Part shown: one piece after another, positions 63,090-64,000 of the stretch
Layout: every line of letters starts with the position of its first letter
How positions within the stretch are numbered: position 1 is the stretch's first letter
NCBI RefSeq assembly: GCF_001194135.2
Contig: NC_068987.1
Coordinates: 60,448,171-60,512,170, forward strand
From: Octopus bimaculoides
Taxonomy: Eukaryota
Length of the DNA stretch: 64,000 bases
Reading direction: 5' to 3'
Notes under the pieces: model-generated
What the model was told of the DNA's origin: nothing
Seen by the model: only the letters and a program-made list of their open reading frames with translations
The model's database searches: none
Position numbers and translations under genes: made by a program

Positions 63090-63259
63090 ACAACTTGATT
63101 CAGTTGCATGTGATTTAAAGTTTTGCAGGCCTCTGGCAGAAGCCTATCTCTTTCAGGCTATAGATTACTGGCTCATCCAGTAATCTATAAGCCAGAAAGA
63201 AACAGGCTTCTGTTAGAGGCCTGCAAAGCTTTAAGTTACTTGGAACTGAATCAAATTGT
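63090..63259. repeat. Imperfect long hairpin, ~82-bp arms and 5-nt loop
   Basis: Hand alignment: 71/82 Watson-Crick pairs, 5 G-U, one bulge; loop CTCAT at 63172-63176. Confidence 0.92.
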
Positions 63260-63334
63260 TTAAAACAATACTTGTAACTCCTACTAAATGTGTTGACTGT
63301 CCTTTTCTTTTGTTTGTCTACTCATTCGTGTGTG

Positions 63335-63815
63335 TATAGGTGCATGGCTTAGTGATTTGAGCATTGGGCTTGTGATTGTAAGATTATGGTTTCAGTTCCT
63401 GAACTGGGTATTGCATTGTGTTCTTGAGCAAAAACACTGCATTTAATGCTGCTCAGTCCACTCAGCTGGCAAAAGTGAGTAATCCTGTGATGGACTGGTG
63501 TCTCATCCAGGTGGGTAATATATATGCCATGGAAACTGAGAAACCAGCCTTCATGAGTTGGTATGACTCAATAAGGAAACATAGTTCAGTGGTTAGAGTG
63601 TCAGGCTCACAATCATGAGATAGTGAGTTCAATTCCCAAATCAGGGTGTAGGGTGTGTTCTTGAGCAAAGACATTTTATTTCATGTTGCATCACTGGTGC
63701 CAAGTTGTATCAGCCTTTGCTTTTCCTTTGGATAGCATCGGTGGCATGAAGAGGGGAGGCTGGTATGCATAAGTGACTGTTGGTCTTCCACAAACAAATT
63801 CACCTGGACTTGGTC
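63335..63815 (+). mobile_element. Two tandem family B-related tRNA-SINEs
   Basis: Heads at ~63338 and ~63580, each with the TGTTCTTGAGCAA domain. Confidence 0.7.
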
Positions 63816-63835
63816 ATTCACGATTGACCTTACCC

Positions 63836-64000
63836 GCTAGAGGGGAAGCAGATAAGGAAAGATTTGCCAATGTTCTGCGCCGTGAGGACCAAAGACACGA
63901 GGTATTTCGTGTTGCAAGACAGTGTAGGAGAGAGAATAGTGATGTCGTAGGAGACAAATGTGTTCGCATGGATGATGGTATGCTTGCACTAAATGAGGCT
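63836..64000 (+). mobile_element. RTE-clade LINE ORF fragment (endonuclease-RT linker), continuing off the window
   Basis: 55 uninterrupted codons: ARGEADKERFANVLRREDQRHEVFRVARQCRRENSDVVGDKCVRMDDGMLALNEA; CpG-rich. Confidence 0.75.

Overview
Non-coding, extremely repeat-dense eukaryotic DNA with ten N-gaps, most abutting microsatellites (typical of a short-read assembly). The repeat families (OR-like CORE-SINEs, tRNA-SINEs with ATT/GAT tails, (TA)/(CA)/(CATA)/(ATT)/(GAT) tracts) point to a coleoid cephalopod, probably Octopus; this is inference. No complete protein-coding gene is supported, and almost every ORF in the track is a microsatellite or gap artefact. Real coding remnants are all transposon-derived: four mariner fragments resembling three subfamilies, five R4/Dong fragments, two Tx1 fragments and two RTE fragments. 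Also present are a non-autonomous Helitron, two HINE-like elements, piggyBac-type and Tc1-type MITEs, and dozens of SINEs in at least four families. Best leads: (1) a textbook recursive-splice motif (polypyrimidine-CAG|GTGAGT) at 48842/48843, suggesting the window lies in a giant + strand intron; (2) a decayed minimal type-I hammerhead ribozyme in a ~140-bp Penelope/retrozyme-like unit inserted in (TA)n at 38823-38962; (3) two long fold-back palindromes (39474-39642, 63090-63259); (4) several retroelement families tied to (TAA/ATT)n tracts, one forming strongly + strand-biased tandem arrays. Family names come from recalled motifs, not database searches. Repeat boundaries are approximate unless a TSD or TIR is given.
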